Below, one piece after another: positions 18,354 through 28,015 of a stretch of DNA of 44,551 nucleotides; positions within the stretch are counted from its first letter, which is position 1; the number at the start of each line of letters is the position of its first letter. Source of the stretch: Pseudomonadota bacterium (lineage in GTDB: Bacteria > Pseudomonadota > Gammaproteobacteria > Burkholderiales > Burkholderiaceae_C); contig JBJOKY010000001.1 of NCBI GenBank assembly GCA_046045865.1, forward strand, positions 1 through 44,551. The letters are read 5' to 3'. A program made the position numbers and the translations under genes. Below the pieces are notes generated by a model. The model worked only from the letters and a program-made list of their open reading frames with translations. It was not told the DNA's origin and did no database searches.

Positions 18354-18812
18354 GTGAAACGAGTCTGGCTATTTGTCGCCGCGATTTCGCTGTTGCCTCT
18401 GGGCACGGCATGGCTGACCGATTCGGTCACGCTGGAAGGGGAGCGCACCATCTACACCGCTGCCTGCGAAGGTGGCTCATGGTCCGGCGGAGCCTCCGGC
18501 GCCTGCAGCGGGCGTCTGGTCGCGGCAGAGCGTTTCCGCTTCCGCGCCTTGCGAGCCCATTCCGAAGTGCTGTTCTGGACGGTGGGAGATACCACCCGGC
18601 CGTCAGGCAAGTTCACCGGTTGCACGGTCCAGGATTCGCGCAACTGGAGTTGTCCGGGCAACGAGCAGTCGTCCGACACCGTCACGCACCAGATGGTTGA
18701 CGGTACGCCGCAGCCCGATGTCAGCGGGCGCACGCGCCGCTTTCATGCGATCGAGAAGTGGCGCTGGCTGTCGCTGCGGTTGCTGGGTCGCACGGTCGAT
18801 ACCCACCGCTAG
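18354..18812 (+). CDS. Hypothetical exported or membrane-anchored protein
   Basis: GTG start giving MKRVWLFVAAISLLPLGTAW (hydrophobic N-terminus). Four Cys in the mature region. Followed by a terminator. Confidence 0.6.
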   Translation: MKRVWLFVAAISLLPLGTAWLTDSVTLEGERTIYTAACEGGSWSGGASGACSGRLVAAERFRFRALRAHSEVLFWTVGDTTRPSGKFTGCTVQDSRNWSCPGNEQSSDTVTHQMVDGTPQPDVSGRTRRFHAIEKWRWLSLRLLGRTVDTHR

Positions 18813-18850
18813 TCAGCCATCGCCACTGCCTGGGCCTGCCGGCCATGAGA

Positions 18851-18873
18851 AAGCCCGGCGCATGGCCGGGCTT
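18851..18873. terminator. Intrinsic terminator between convergent genes
   Basis: AAGCCCGGC-gcatg-GCCGGGCTT, a 9-bp stem with short A/T flanks. Confidence 0.7.
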
Positions 18874-18929
18874 GTCGTTGCACGCAGGTTGCCGCGTCAG
18901 GCAGGCCGTCCGGCCTGCCACGGACAGGA

Positions 18930-19508
18930 TCACTTGCTGCTGATGGCTTCCACCGACAGGGTGATGGTCACGTCGTCGCCGACGTAGGGCGCGTACTTGC
19001 CGGCGTTGAACTCGGTGCGCTTGATGGTGACGGTGGCGTCGGCGCCGATGGCGTCCTTCTTCAGCATCGGGTGGGCCTGGTTCAGGAAGCTGGTGACCTT
19101 CAGGGTCACGGGCTTGGTGATGCCCTTGATGGTCAGGTTGCCTTCGACAGCGGCGGGCTTGTCACCCTCGAACACGACCTTGGTCGACTTGAAGGTGGCG
19201 GTCGGGAACTTGGCGGTGTCGAGGAAGTCCTCGCCCTGGATGTGGCCGTTGAAGACGGTGAAGCCGGTGTCGACCGACTTGGTGTCGATCACGACGTCGA
19301 CCGAGCCGGTCTTGGCGGCCTTGTCCAGCACGATGGTGCCGGTGGTGGTGTTGAAGCGGCTCAGCTGCGTCGACATGCCGAAGTGGCTGTACGAGAAGCG
19401 CGGGAAGGTGTGCGTGCCGTCGATGGTGTAGGTCTCGGGTGCGGCCAGGGCCGGCGTGGCGGCGGCGATGGACAGTGCGGCGGCGGCAAACAGCTGGGTG
19501 AACTTCAT
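18930..19508 (-). CDS. yceI: YceI family polyisoprenoid-binding protein
   Basis: Signal peptide, YTIDGTHT..FSYSHFGMS, DFLDTAKFPTATFKST and GNLTIKGITKPV. Confidence 0.93.
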   Translation of the reverse strand: MKFTQLFAAAALSIAAATPALAAPETYTIDGTHTFPRFSYSHFGMSTQLSRFNTTTGTIVLDKAAKTGSVDVVIDTKSVDTGFTVFNGHIQGEDFLDTAKFPTATFKSTKVVFEGDKPAAVEGNLTIKGITKPVTLKVTSFLNQAHPMLKKDAIGADATVTIKRTEFNAGKYAPYVGDDVTITLSVEAISSK

Positions 19509-19588
19509 CTCGGGTCTCTTTCAGTGAGTCAGGGTTGGAGCAAGGGAGGATTCAGCGATCAGGCTGCAGGGACGGGGTGATCTGGCGA

Positions 19589-20155
19589 TCAGAGCGGGGC
19601 CATGCCGCGCAGGGCGAGCTTGAACTTCACCTGCACATCGTTGGCCACCATGGAGGTGTCGGCCCATTCGCCTTCACCGATCTTGTATTCGAGCCGCTTG
19701 ATGGCGAAGCTGCCGGCCGCGGTGGTCACGCCGGCGGCCTGGGTCAGCGCCACCGGCACGGTGACGTTCTGGGTCTGGCCCTTGATGGCGAGCTTGCCGA
19801 GCGCCTCGAACTTGCCGCCGCCCAGCGCCTTGATGCTGGACGAGGTGAAGGTGGCAGTCGGGAACTTGGCGGTGTTGAACCAGGTGGGCTTGACCACCTC
19901 GCCGTCGGCCTCGGGGCCGATGCTGGCGCTGCCGGTCTCGATGGCCAGCACGACCTTGCCGGTCTCGGGCTTCTTCGGGTCGAAGGCGATCTGGGCGTCG
20001 AACTTCCTGAACTTGCCGTCCACCGGCACGCCCATCTGCTTGAAGGTGAAGCCGACCTCGCTCCTGGGTGCGTCGACCTGCTGGGCGCAGGCGGGCGAGG
20101 CGGCAAGCAGGCCGTAGGCGGCCAGGGCCAGGGAGGCGGTGATGAAGGTGCGCAT
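19589..20155 (-). CDS. YceI family protein (second paralog)
   Basis: SEVGFTFKQMGVPVDGKF, WFNTAKFPTATF and GEGEWADTSMVANDV. Confidence 0.92.
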   Translation of the reverse strand: MRTFITASLALAAYGLLAASPACAQQVDAPRSEVGFTFKQMGVPVDGKFRKFDAQIAFDPKKPETGKVVLAIETGSASIGPEADGEVVKPTWFNTAKFPTATFTSSSIKALGGGKFEALGKLAIKGQTQNVTVPVALTQAAGVTTAAGSFAIKRLEYKIGEGEWADTSMVANDVQVKFKLALRGMAPL

Positions 20156-20260
20156 GATGGTGATCGTTCCAGTGGGCCGGATCGGGCCGGTGCGGGAGTC
20201 TGATGGGACGGAAACGGCCTGTCGCGACGGGATGTTGTCGATCCAGGCCGGTGAACGGCT

Positions 20261-20830
20261 TCAGCCGCGGCGCCAGCTCATGCGGGCCAGCAGGCCGTCG
20301 CGGTCGATGAACTGGTGCTTGAGCGCGGCGCCCACATGGCCCAGCACGAGGGCGGCCATGGCGAAGGTGCTGAACTTGTGCAGCGGCTTGATGAGTTCGG
20401 CCAGGGCCTTGTCAGGGCCGACGAAGTCGGGCAGGGGCAGCACGCCGAACCACACGATGGGGAAACCCGCCGCCGAGCTGTAGGCCCAGCCGGTGAGCGG
20501 CACGATGAAGAACAGCAGGTAGAGCAGGTGATGCGTGGCGTGGAAGCCCTGCACCTGCCAGCGCGGCATGGCCTGCTCGATGGCGGCCGGCAGGGCCGGC
20601 GGGCGGTGCGTGATGCGCCACACCAGCCGCAGCACGGACAGGAAGAGGATGGTCACGCCGGCCCACTTGTGCCAGTTGTAGAGCTTGAGCCGCATGGGCG
20701 AGAAGGGCAGCTCGTGCATGTACAGGCCCACCGCGAAGGTGCCGACGATGGCCAGCGCCAGCACCCAGTGCAGGGCAACGGCCGGGCGGTTGTAGACCGC
20801 TGTGCCGGGGTGGGTGCTGGAGCTGTTCAT
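20261..20830 (-). CDS. Cytochrome b561 (YceJ-like)
   Basis: Four TM helices with heme-ligand His in LHW, WHKWAG, PLHK and GHVGAALKH. Standard yceJ-yceI arrangement. Confidence 0.92.
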   Translation of the reverse strand: MNSSSTHPGTAVYNRPAVALHWVLALAIVGTFAVGLYMHELPFSPMRLKLYNWHKWAGVTILFLSVLRLVWRITHRPPALPAAIEQAMPRWQVQGFHATHHLLYLLFFIVPLTGWAYSSAAGFPIVWFGVLPLPDFVGPDKALAELIKPLHKFSTFAMAALVLGHVGAALKHQFIDRDGLLARMSWRRG

Positions 20831-20996
20831 GGTGAAGACGGGGCCTGAGCTGCAATGTCCTCACTTTATGCGGCAGTGCAGCACGGCGGGTTCAGTCAGC
20901 TTCACGCAAACATGGCAAAAAACTGAACGCACCTGTGGGCAGGCTGCATTGATCTGACGCAGTCGCGCAGCAAGCCCGGGCGAGCTGGTCCCGTCT

Positions 20997-21923
20997 TCAG
21001 GCGATCACGGCCGCGCCGTTGCTGCGCAGCGCCCCCAGGGCCGCCTGGATCGCCGCAGCCGTGCCGGCTGGCAGGTGCCGCACCAGCCAGCCGTGGCGAA
21101 CGGCCGCATCCAGCGTGGCGATGGACGCGTCGACGGTCAGCTCGCCCGCCTGCAGGCGCTGCAGCACATCGGCGATGTCGTGGACGGCAAAGCCGGCCAC
21201 CTCGCCGTCCTGGTTGACGGGCACGAGGCCGGGCGGCAGCTCGATCTCGTGCACATGGATGTCCTCGTTCTGCAGGCCTTCGGCAACGTCCTGCACGACG
21301 CGGTAGATACCTGTGGCGCGGGCAGCCTGCATCTGCGCCGGGCTCAGGCCGGCTTCCTCGTAGGCCTCGCGGTGCAGGGCCTGCAGCGGCGTCTGGCCGT
21401 GCGGCACGCCGCCGCCGATCAGGTTGTCGAGCATGCCCGGGTCGGTGCTCTTGGTGGCGGAGCGACGGCCCAGCCACAGGCGTGCGGGTGCTCCTGGCAG
21501 CGCTGGCAGGGTCAGGCCGTTGCAGTGCGCTCCCTCGGTCAGGCAGCCCCAGAAGCGCGCCGAGGCGCGTTCGATCAGTGCCAGCGGCGGCGCGCCTGCC
21601 CGTTCCAGCAAAGGGAAGGTCTCGTCGCGCCAGCCTCGCAGCACACCGGCGGTGCGCAGCTCGCGGTTCAGCCCGGCCAGCCAGGCGTCGCGCGCGGCCG
21701 GCACAAGCTGCAGCAGCAGGCCGTGCGTGTCCAGCCGCAGCGGCGCGTCGGCCGTGTCGCCCAGCGGCAGGGCCGCCAGGTGGGCGATGGCCACGCTGCC
21801 CACGGTCTTGCGCTGCCCGGCGTCGGCCACGGCAAAGGGCAGCCGCAGGCGCGCATCGTGCCGGCGTGCGGCGCGCAGCACCGGCCAGGCGTCCAGCAGC
21901 GGGTGGGCCAGGTCAGCATGCAC
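20997..21923 (-). CDS. NUDIX hydrolase with N-terminal DUF4743-like domain
   Basis: GWRDE..., IERASARFWG, RRSATKSTDPGMLDNLIGGG and Nudix box REAYEEAGL. Confidence 0.88.
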   Translation of the reverse strand: MHADLAHPLLDAWPVLRAARRHDARLRLPFAVADAGQRKTVGSVAIAHLAALPLGDTADAPLRLDTHGLLLQLVPAARDAWLAGLNRELRTAGVLRGWRDETFPLLERAGAPPLALIERASARFWGCLTEGAHCNGLTLPALPGAPARLWLGRRSATKSTDPGMLDNLIGGGVPHGQTPLQALHREAYEEAGLSPAQMQAARATGIYRVVQDVAEGLQNEDIHVHEIELPPGLVPVNQDGEVAGFAVHDIADVLQRLQAGELTVDASIATLDAAVRHGWLVRHLPAGTAAAIQAALGALRSNGAAVIA

Positions 21924-22782
21924 CGGCGGGCGCCTGGCCGGCCTGTGCCGCCAGCAGGGTGGCGGTCACTTCCTTGCGATAGCGGTTGAGATCCTGCACG
22001 CTCCGGAAGCTGCGGTCCATCAGGATGGACAGGTTGTGCAGGATGCGTTCGACCACCTTGTTCTCCCAGCTGCTGTCGAACTGGATCTGCCGGTCCAGCC
22101 ACTGCTCCAGCCAGGCCGGGTCGGGCAGGCGGCTTTGCACCGTGTCGCGCGGAAACAGGCTGGCGTTCACGTGCAGGTTGGTCGGGTGCAGCGCCTGGGC
22201 GGTGCGCCGGGCGCTGGCCATCAGCACGCCGACCTTGGCGAAGGCGGCACGCGCCTCGTCGCCGCAGCGGACCAGGGCGCGTTTCATGTAGCGCAGGTAG
22301 GCGCCGCCGTGGCGTGCCTCGTCGCGCGCCAGGGTGTCGTAGATGACCTGGATGACCGGCTCGGTGTGCCACTCGGCGGCGCGGCGATACCAGTGGTTCA
22401 GGCGGATCTCGCCGCAGAAATGCAGCATCAGCGTTTCGAGCGCCGGCGCGGGGTCGAACTCGAAGCGCACCGCGTGCAGTTCGGCCTCGGAGGGCGCCAG
22501 ATCGGGACGGAAGCGGCGCAGGTATTCCATCAGCACCAGCGCGTGCTTCTGCTCCTCGAAGAACCACACGCTCATGAAGGCGCAGAAGTCGCTGTCCTCG
22601 CGGTTGTCGCGCAGGAACATCTCGGTGGCCGGCAGCGCGGCCCATTCGGTGATGGCGTTCATCTTCACCGTCTGGGCCTGCTCGTCGCTCAGCAGCGTGG
22701 CGTCGTGGCGGCTCCAGGGAATGTCGTGCTCCATGTTCCAGCGCACGGATTCGAGTTGCATGAACAGTTCCGGGTACAGCAT
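21913..22782 (-). CDS. Ferritin-like di-iron protein (acyl-ACP desaturase/AurF-like fold)
   Basis: Paired E...ExxH motifs: ITEW...WFFEEQKH and CGEI...DEARHG. Start at MLYPELF. Confidence 0.85.
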   Translation of the reverse strand: MLYPELFMQLESVRWNMEHDIPWSRHDATLLSDEQAQTVKMNAITEWAALPATEMFLRDNREDSDFCAFMSVWFFEEQKHALVLMEYLRRFRPDLAPSEAELHAVRFEFDPAPALETLMLHFCGEIRLNHWYRRAAEWHTEPVIQVIYDTLARDEARHGGAYLRYMKRALVRCGDEARAAFAKVGVLMASARRTAQALHPTNLHVNASLFPRDTVQSRLPDPAWLEQWLDRQIQFDSSWENKVVERILHNLSILMDRSFRSVQDLNRYRKEVTATLLAAQAGQAPAGAC

Positions 22783-22882
22783 GGCCGGCTCGCCAGTGGT
22801 GACGTTCGCGAGTTTATGGAGCCCGCCATGCCCTGCGTGCACCAGGTGGCACTGGGCCATGGCTGCCTGGTTGACGCCCGGC

Positions 22883-23860
22883 TCAGCGCGGCTGGGTGCG
22901 CCAGCGGGCGATCTCGGTCTCGATGTCGCCCAGGCGGCTGATCACCTTCACTTGCGGCGGGCTGCGCCGCTGCACGGCCGGCAGCGTGCAGCCGACCCAG
23001 AGCTCGACCTCCGGCGCCAGCGCGGTACGCAGGTCGGCCAGGGCGTCGAGCGCCTGGTGCGGGTTGACGGCGGTGGAAAAGCTCAGCGCCACGATGTCCG
23101 ACCGGTGCGCGCGCGCGCCCATCACCATGTCGGTCAGCGGCGTCTGGCGGCCCAGGTTCATGCAGTCGCAGCCGGCTGCGCCGAGCAGGGATTCCGCCAT
23201 CAGCAGGCCCAGGCCATGGGCCTCGATCGGGGCCGTGGCCAGCAGCACGCGCGGTGCCGCGCCGGGCTGCGGTTCGGGCAGGCTGGTCACCGCGCTGCGC
23301 AGCACGGCTTCCAGCGTCTCGCTGCACAGGTGTTCCTCGAACACCTCCAGCCGTCCGCGCGACCAGGCGTCGCCCAGGTCCACCAGCAGCGGTGTCACCA
23401 CCTCGGTGATGAATCGGCCCAGGCCGAGCGTGAGCATCTGCTGCATCAGCGCGCGGCGCAGGGCGCGCGGGTTGTGGCTGCGCAGCAGGCCCAGCAGATC
23501 GGTCGAGGTCGACGAGATGGCATGAGTTGTCTGGTTTGACCTGGACAAACCGTTTCCACCCGACCAGTCGGACTGATCGTCGAGCTGCCTCAGTTCGCCC
23601 AGGTCCAGCGCCACGATGCGCCCCGGTCGGTGGCCGGCATCCATCAGCCGCTTGATGTGACGCAGCCGCTCCACCTGCTCGGCCGTATACAGGCGCTCCC
23701 CGTTGCCGTCGCGCGTCGGCAGCGGGAAGCCATAGCGTTTCTCCCAGATGCGCAGGGTGTCCTTGCTGATGCGGGTGTCGCGTTCGACGGCGGCGATCGT
23801 GAGGGCGGGCTCACTCGGCGCAATTGCGCCGGTGCTGGCCAGGGCGGTGTCGGTGTTCAT
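22883..23860 (-). CDS. CarH/LitR-type MerR regulator with cobalamin-binding domain
   Basis: MerR HTH (IAAVERDTRISKDTLRIWEKRYGFPLPTRD..GERLY), W-x9-EH (AWSRGRLEVFEEH), ExHxxG (EAHGLG) and VALS. Confidence 0.9.
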   Translation of the reverse strand: MNTDTALASTGAIAPSEPALTIAAVERDTRISKDTLRIWEKRYGFPLPTRDGNGERLYTAEQVERLRHIKRLMDAGHRPGRIVALDLGELRQLDDQSDWSGGNGLSRSNQTTHAISSTSTDLLGLLRSHNPRALRRALMQQMLTLGLGRFITEVVTPLLVDLGDAWSRGRLEVFEEHLCSETLEAVLRSAVTSLPEPQPGAAPRVLLATAPIEAHGLGLLMAESLLGAAGCDCMNLGRQTPLTDMVMGARAHRSDIVALSFSTAVNPHQALDALADLRTALAPEVELWVGCTLPAVQRRSPPQVKVISRLGDIETEIARWRTQPR

Positions 23861-23993
23861 GCGCGTCGGGTGTCGCTGGAGGTTGCCCGGTGGCCCGGGC
23901 AGGGTGGCGTCATGGGCCGGAGAGACTTTGATATGTCTAGGACAAACACTTGTGCGTGCCTGCATCAAGCCCTATTATCGTTCCGTCGCGTAT

Positions 23994-24018
23994 TTTGACG
24001 TAGACAAATCATGAACAA
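23994..24018 (+). promoter_or_regulatory. CarH/LitR-type operator: two tandem 11-bp repeats overlapping a -35-like TTGACG
   Basis: gAcgTagACAa (23997-24007) and atcaTgaACAa (24008-24018) fit nAnnTnnACAn at 11-bp spacing in an AT-rich patch. Confidence 0.6.
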
Positions 24019-24392
24019 AATGAGAAATCCATGTCCACCAGCCATCGTCCCGCCGGCGCCCGGCGTGCGCGCGTCTGCCGTCATCGCTTGCTGACCGGCT
24101 CGCTGGGCATGTCTGTCCAAGGTCTTGCCGGTCTCGTCGCACGAACCATGGAACCAACTGGCCGGGCGCGCGTCCGAGCCTGTGGACCGGTCGCCGCTGC
24201 ACGTGATGCGGCGGCCTGCCGGCCCGCGCTTCTTGCGTCGTGCAGCTTGCCCGCCGGCCTTGCGGCCCGGCGGGTCGACCGTCCGGGGTGGTGTTTCTCC
24301 TCCTCCGTCCCTCCCTGTTGCATCCCGGGACGCTGCACGACGCCTTCTCATACCCGCCCCGCCGCCTGGCCGGCCGCCACCGGGGTGTGCGC

Positions 24393-25760
24393 ATGACGGC
24401 GCGCCGCATCGCCGTGGTCGGCTCGGGCATCGCCGGCCTGTCGGCCGCCTGGCGGCTGAGCCATGAGCCGGGCACGGCGGTGACGCTGTTCGAGGCGGGC
24501 GACTACTTCGGCGGTCACACGCACACGGTGGACGTCGAGCTGCCCGACCACACCGGGCGCGGCGTGCGCCACGGTGTCGACACCGGTTTCCTCGTCTTCA
24601 ACCAGCGCACCTACCCCGAGCTCATACGGCTGTTCGACCACCTGGGCGTGGCGACGGCAGCGTCGGACATGTCTTTCTCGGTGCAGTCCACCGTCGACGG
24701 CGTGGAGTGGAGCGGCAGCAACCTGGCCAGCGTGTTCGCCCAGCCGCGCAACCTGCTGCGCCCGCGCTTCATCGGCATGCTGGCGCAGATCGTGCGCTTC
24801 AACCGCCTGGCCACCCGCATCGCGGTGGACGGCAGCGAGGCCGAGCTGGCCGAGTCGGTGGGCGACTTCCTCGATCGCCATGGTTTCGGTACCGCCTTCC
24901 GGCGCTGGTACCTGCTGCCCATGGTGGCCTGCATCTGGTCGTGTCCGACCGACCAGATGCTGGAGTTCCCGATCGCCACGCTGATCCGCTTCTGCCACAA
25001 CCACGGCCTGCTGCAGGTGGTGGACCGGCCGCAGTGGTACACGGTGAGCGGCGGTGCGCTCCACTATGTGGAGCGCATGCTGCCCGCCATCGCCGATGCG
25101 CGCCTGAACACGCCGGTGCTGGGCGTGTCGCGCCAGGCCCTGGGCGTGACGCTGCTGAGTGCAGCCGGGTCCGAGCACTTCGACGCCGTCGTGCTGGCCT
25201 GCCACAGCGACCAGGCCCTGGCGCTGCTGGGCGCCGACGCCACACCGGCCGAGCGCGAGGTGCTGGGCGCCATCGCCTATCACCCCAACGTCGCGGTGCT
25301 GCATACCGACACGGCACTGCTGCCCAAGCGCGGCCGCGCCTGGGCGGCCTGGAACTACGAGCACGCGGCCGACGGCGGCGACGAAGGCGTGTGCCTGCAC
25401 TACCTGCTCAACCGCCTGCAGCCGCTGCCTTTTGCCCGGCCGGTGATCGTGTCGCTCAACCCGGTGCGTGCGCCGCAGCCCGACCAGGTGCTGGCCCGCT
25501 ACGACTACGCCCACCCGGTGTTCGATCTGGCCGCCGTGGTCGCCCAGCGCCGCCTGCCCGGGCTGCAGGGCCAGCGCCACACCTGGTTCGCCGGTGCCTG
25601 GGCCGGCTACGGCTTCCACGAGGACGGCCTCAAGTCCGGCCTGGCAGCGGCGCAGGGCCTGATCCGCCGCCTGCACGGCAGGCACGAGCACCTGGCCAGC
25701 GTGTCGCCCTTCACCGTCACCCAGGCGGAGCCGGCCGGCGGCACGCGGCTGGCCGCATGA
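24393..25760 (+). CDS. FAD-dependent oxidoreductase, UfaD-like fatty acid desaturase
   Basis: IAVVGSGIAGL, GGHTHT, VDTGFLVFN..TYP and GYGFHEDG, followed by DUF1365 and cfa-family genes. Confidence 0.88.
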   Translation: MTARRIAVVGSGIAGLSAAWRLSHEPGTAVTLFEAGDYFGGHTHTVDVELPDHTGRGVRHGVDTGFLVFNQRTYPELIRLFDHLGVATAASDMSFSVQSTVDGVEWSGSNLASVFAQPRNLLRPRFIGMLAQIVRFNRLATRIAVDGSEAELAESVGDFLDRHGFGTAFRRWYLLPMVACIWSCPTDQMLEFPIATLIRFCHNHGLLQVVDRPQWYTVSGGALHYVERMLPAIADARLNTPVLGVSRQALGVTLLSAAGSEHFDAVVLACHSDQALALLGADATPAEREVLGAIAYHPNVAVLHTDTALLPKRGRAWAAWNYEHAADGGDEGVCLHYLLNRLQPLPFARPVIVSLNPVRAPQPDQVLARYDYAHPVFDLAAVVAQRRLPGLQGQRHTWFAGAWAGYGFHEDGLKSGLAAAQGLIRRLHGRHEHLASVSPFTVTQAEPAGGTRLAA

Positions 25761-26626
25761 CGCCTGCCTCGACCCCGGGCCCGGGCGGCACCCCGACCGC
25801 GGGCTCGGCACCCGCGGCCTTGTCGGCGCCCGTTGCCGCAGCCACGGCCACCGCCTGCATCGGGCGTGGCCAGGTGCGCCACAGCCGGCTGCGTCCGGGC
25901 CTGCACCAGTTCGCCTACCCGACCTGGTGCGTGCTGCTGCCGCTGCGCAGCTGGGCGGCGCAGCCGGCCGGCGCCGCGGCACCGGCCCTGGCCGTCAACC
26001 GCCGGGGCCTGGTGAGCTTCCATGACACCGACCACGGTCGCGGCCAGGCCGGCGACGGCGCCGCGCTGGCCTGGTGCGAGGCCGAGCTGGCGGCGGCCGG
26101 CGTGCACGACGCCGACGGCGAGATCTGGCTGATGACCTACCCGCGCGTGCTGGGTGTCGTGTTCAAGCCGGTGAGCTTCTGGTTCGCCCTGCGCCGCGAC
26201 GGCAGCCTGGCGGCGGTGCTGGCCGAGGTGAACAACACCTTCGGCGAACGCTGCCGCTACGTGCTGGCCGGTGCGGGCTGGGGCCGCGAGCTCGCCGCCG
26301 CCAAGACCATGCACGTCTCGCCCTTCTGCAGCGTGAGCGGCGGCTACCGCTTCCGCTTCATGCAGCGCCAGGGCTGGCAGGCCGGTGGCCGGCTGGTCGC
26401 CCGGGTCGACCACGACGATGCCACCGGACCGCTGCTGCAGACCAGTCTGAGCGTGACGCTCGCGCCGCTGACCCGCACCGCCCTGTGGCGCACCTGGCTG
26501 GCCATGCCGCTGCTCACCCTGGGCGTGCTGACGCGCATCCACTGGCAGGCGCTGCTGCTGTGGCTGCTGCGGCGCGTGCCCTGGCATGCCAAGCCCGCGC
26601 CGCCGGCCCACCTCGTGCCGCATTGA
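25757..26626 (+). CDS. DUF1365 family protein (UfaO-like)
   Basis: VRHSRLRP..HQFAY, YPRVLGVVFKPVSFW, AEVNNTFGER, K.MHVSPF and RIHWQAL.LW. ATGA overlap with the previous gene. Confidence 0.9.
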   Translation: MTPASTPGPGGTPTAGSAPAALSAPVAAATATACIGRGQVRHSRLRPGLHQFAYPTWCVLLPLRSWAAQPAGAAAPALAVNRRGLVSFHDTDHGRGQAGDGAALAWCEAELAAAGVHDADGEIWLMTYPRVLGVVFKPVSFWFALRRDGSLAAVLAEVNNTFGERCRYVLAGAGWGRELAAAKTMHVSPFCSVSGGYRFRFMQRQGWQAGGRLVARVDHDDATGPLLQTSLSVTLAPLTRTALWRTWLAMPLLTLGVLTRIHWQALLLWLLRRVPWHAKPAPPAHLVPH

Positions 26627-26732
26627 GCGGTCGTCGCACTGGCTGTCCGCCCCCCGTCCACCTGACCGACTGCCTGCCACCGGCGTGCAACGCCTGCCCA
26701 CCACCTGTCCAAGACCTGCGAGAGCGATAGCC

Positions 26733-28001
26733 ATGAACCAGACCCCATCCCCCGCCGCGACGCTGCGCCAGGACAGCCCGGCCGTGCTCGGCCCCGCGCT
26801 CCTGCCCTATCTGGCCAACCAGGCGCCGATGGCGGCACGCGCCTGCCTGCGCCTGCTCGACAAGCTGGAGCGCGGCACGCTCGACCTGACGCTGCCCAAC
26901 GGCGCCACCCTGCGCCTGGGCGAGGAGCAGCCCGGCAGCCTGCGCGCCCAGCTGGTGGTGCACGACTGGCTGGTGTTCGCCAGCGTGCTGCGCTCGGGCG
27001 ACATCGGTTTTGCCGAGACCCACATCGCCGGCCTGTGGACCACGCCCGACCTGCCCGCGCTGCTGCGCCTGCTGCTGGCCAACCGCGAGCAGCTCGACCA
27101 GGCCATCTACGGCCGCTGGTGGGGCGGGCTGTGGCACCGCCTGCGCCACCTGCTCAACCGCAACTCGCTCGCCGGCAGCCGGCGCAACATCCACGCCCAC
27201 TACGACCTGGGCAACAGCTTCTACCGTGCCTGGCTGGACGGCGGCATGAACTACTCCAGCGCGCTGTTCGAGGGCGACCCCACCCGCAGCCTGGAGGCCG
27301 CCCAGCAGCGCAAGCTGGCGCGTACCCTGGCCGCGGCGCGGGTGCAGCCGGGCGAGCGCGTGCTGGAGATCGGCTGCGGCTGGGGTGGCCTGGCCGAGCT
27401 GGCGGCACGCGCTGGCGCCCACGTCACCGGCCTGACACTGTCGACCGAGCAGCTGGCCTGGGCGCGCCGGCGCGTGGCCGCGGCCGGCGTGGCCGAACGC
27501 TGCGACCTGCGCCTGCAGGACTACCGACTGGTCGACGACCCGCCCTACGACGCCATCATCTCGATCGAGATGTTCGAGGCCGTCGGACTGGCCTGGTGGC
27601 CGACCTACTTCGCCACCCTGGCGCGCCTGCTCAAGCCCGGCGGGCGCGCCTGCGTGCAGAGCATCACCATCGCCGACGGGCTGTTCGAGCGCTACGCACG
27701 CTCCAGCGACTTCATCCAGCAGTACATCTTCCCGGGCGGCATGTTGCCCAGCCCGGCCCGCTTCCGTGCCGCGGCCGAGCAGGCCGGCCTGGTGGTGGAG
27801 GACAGCCACGCCTTCGGCCCCGACTACGCCGAGACGCTGCGACGCTGGCGCCATGTCTTCCACGCCCACGACGCCGAGGTGCGCCAGCTCGGCTTCGACA
27901 CCGCCTTCATGCGCACCTGGGACTTCTACCTGGCCTACTGCGAGGCCGCCTTCGACGCCGGCAGCACCGACGTGGTGCAGTTCACCCTGCTGCGCCCCTG
28001 A
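26733..28001 (+). CDS. Cfa-family SAM-dependent fatty acid methyltransferase (UfaM-like)
   Basis: NIHAHYDLGN, VLEIGCGWG, SIEMFEAVG, FIQQYIFPGG and YLAYCEAAF. Confidence 0.93.
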   Translation: MNQTPSPAATLRQDSPAVLGPALLPYLANQAPMAARACLRLLDKLERGTLDLTLPNGATLRLGEEQPGSLRAQLVVHDWLVFASVLRSGDIGFAETHIAGLWTTPDLPALLRLLLANREQLDQAIYGRWWGGLWHRLRHLLNRNSLAGSRRNIHAHYDLGNSFYRAWLDGGMNYSSALFEGDPTRSLEAAQQRKLARTLAAARVQPGERVLEIGCGWGGLAELAARAGAHVTGLTLSTEQLAWARRRVAAAGVAERCDLRLQDYRLVDDPPYDAIISIEMFEAVGLAWWPTYFATLARLLKPGGRACVQSITIADGLFERYARSSDFIQQYIFPGGMLPSPARFRAAAEQAGLVVEDSHAFGPDYAETLRRWRHVFHAHDAEVRQLGFDTAFMRTWDFYLAYCEAAFDAGSTDVVQFTLLRP

Positions 28002-28015
28002 GCGGCGACCTGTTC

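Noticed and set aside
24031-24396. 121-aa Cys/Arg-rich ORF whose TGA overlaps the oxidoreductase ATG
   Set aside because: Composition is typical of non-coding GC-rich DNA, and the ATGA stop would end any ORF in that frame. Not excluded, but unsupported.
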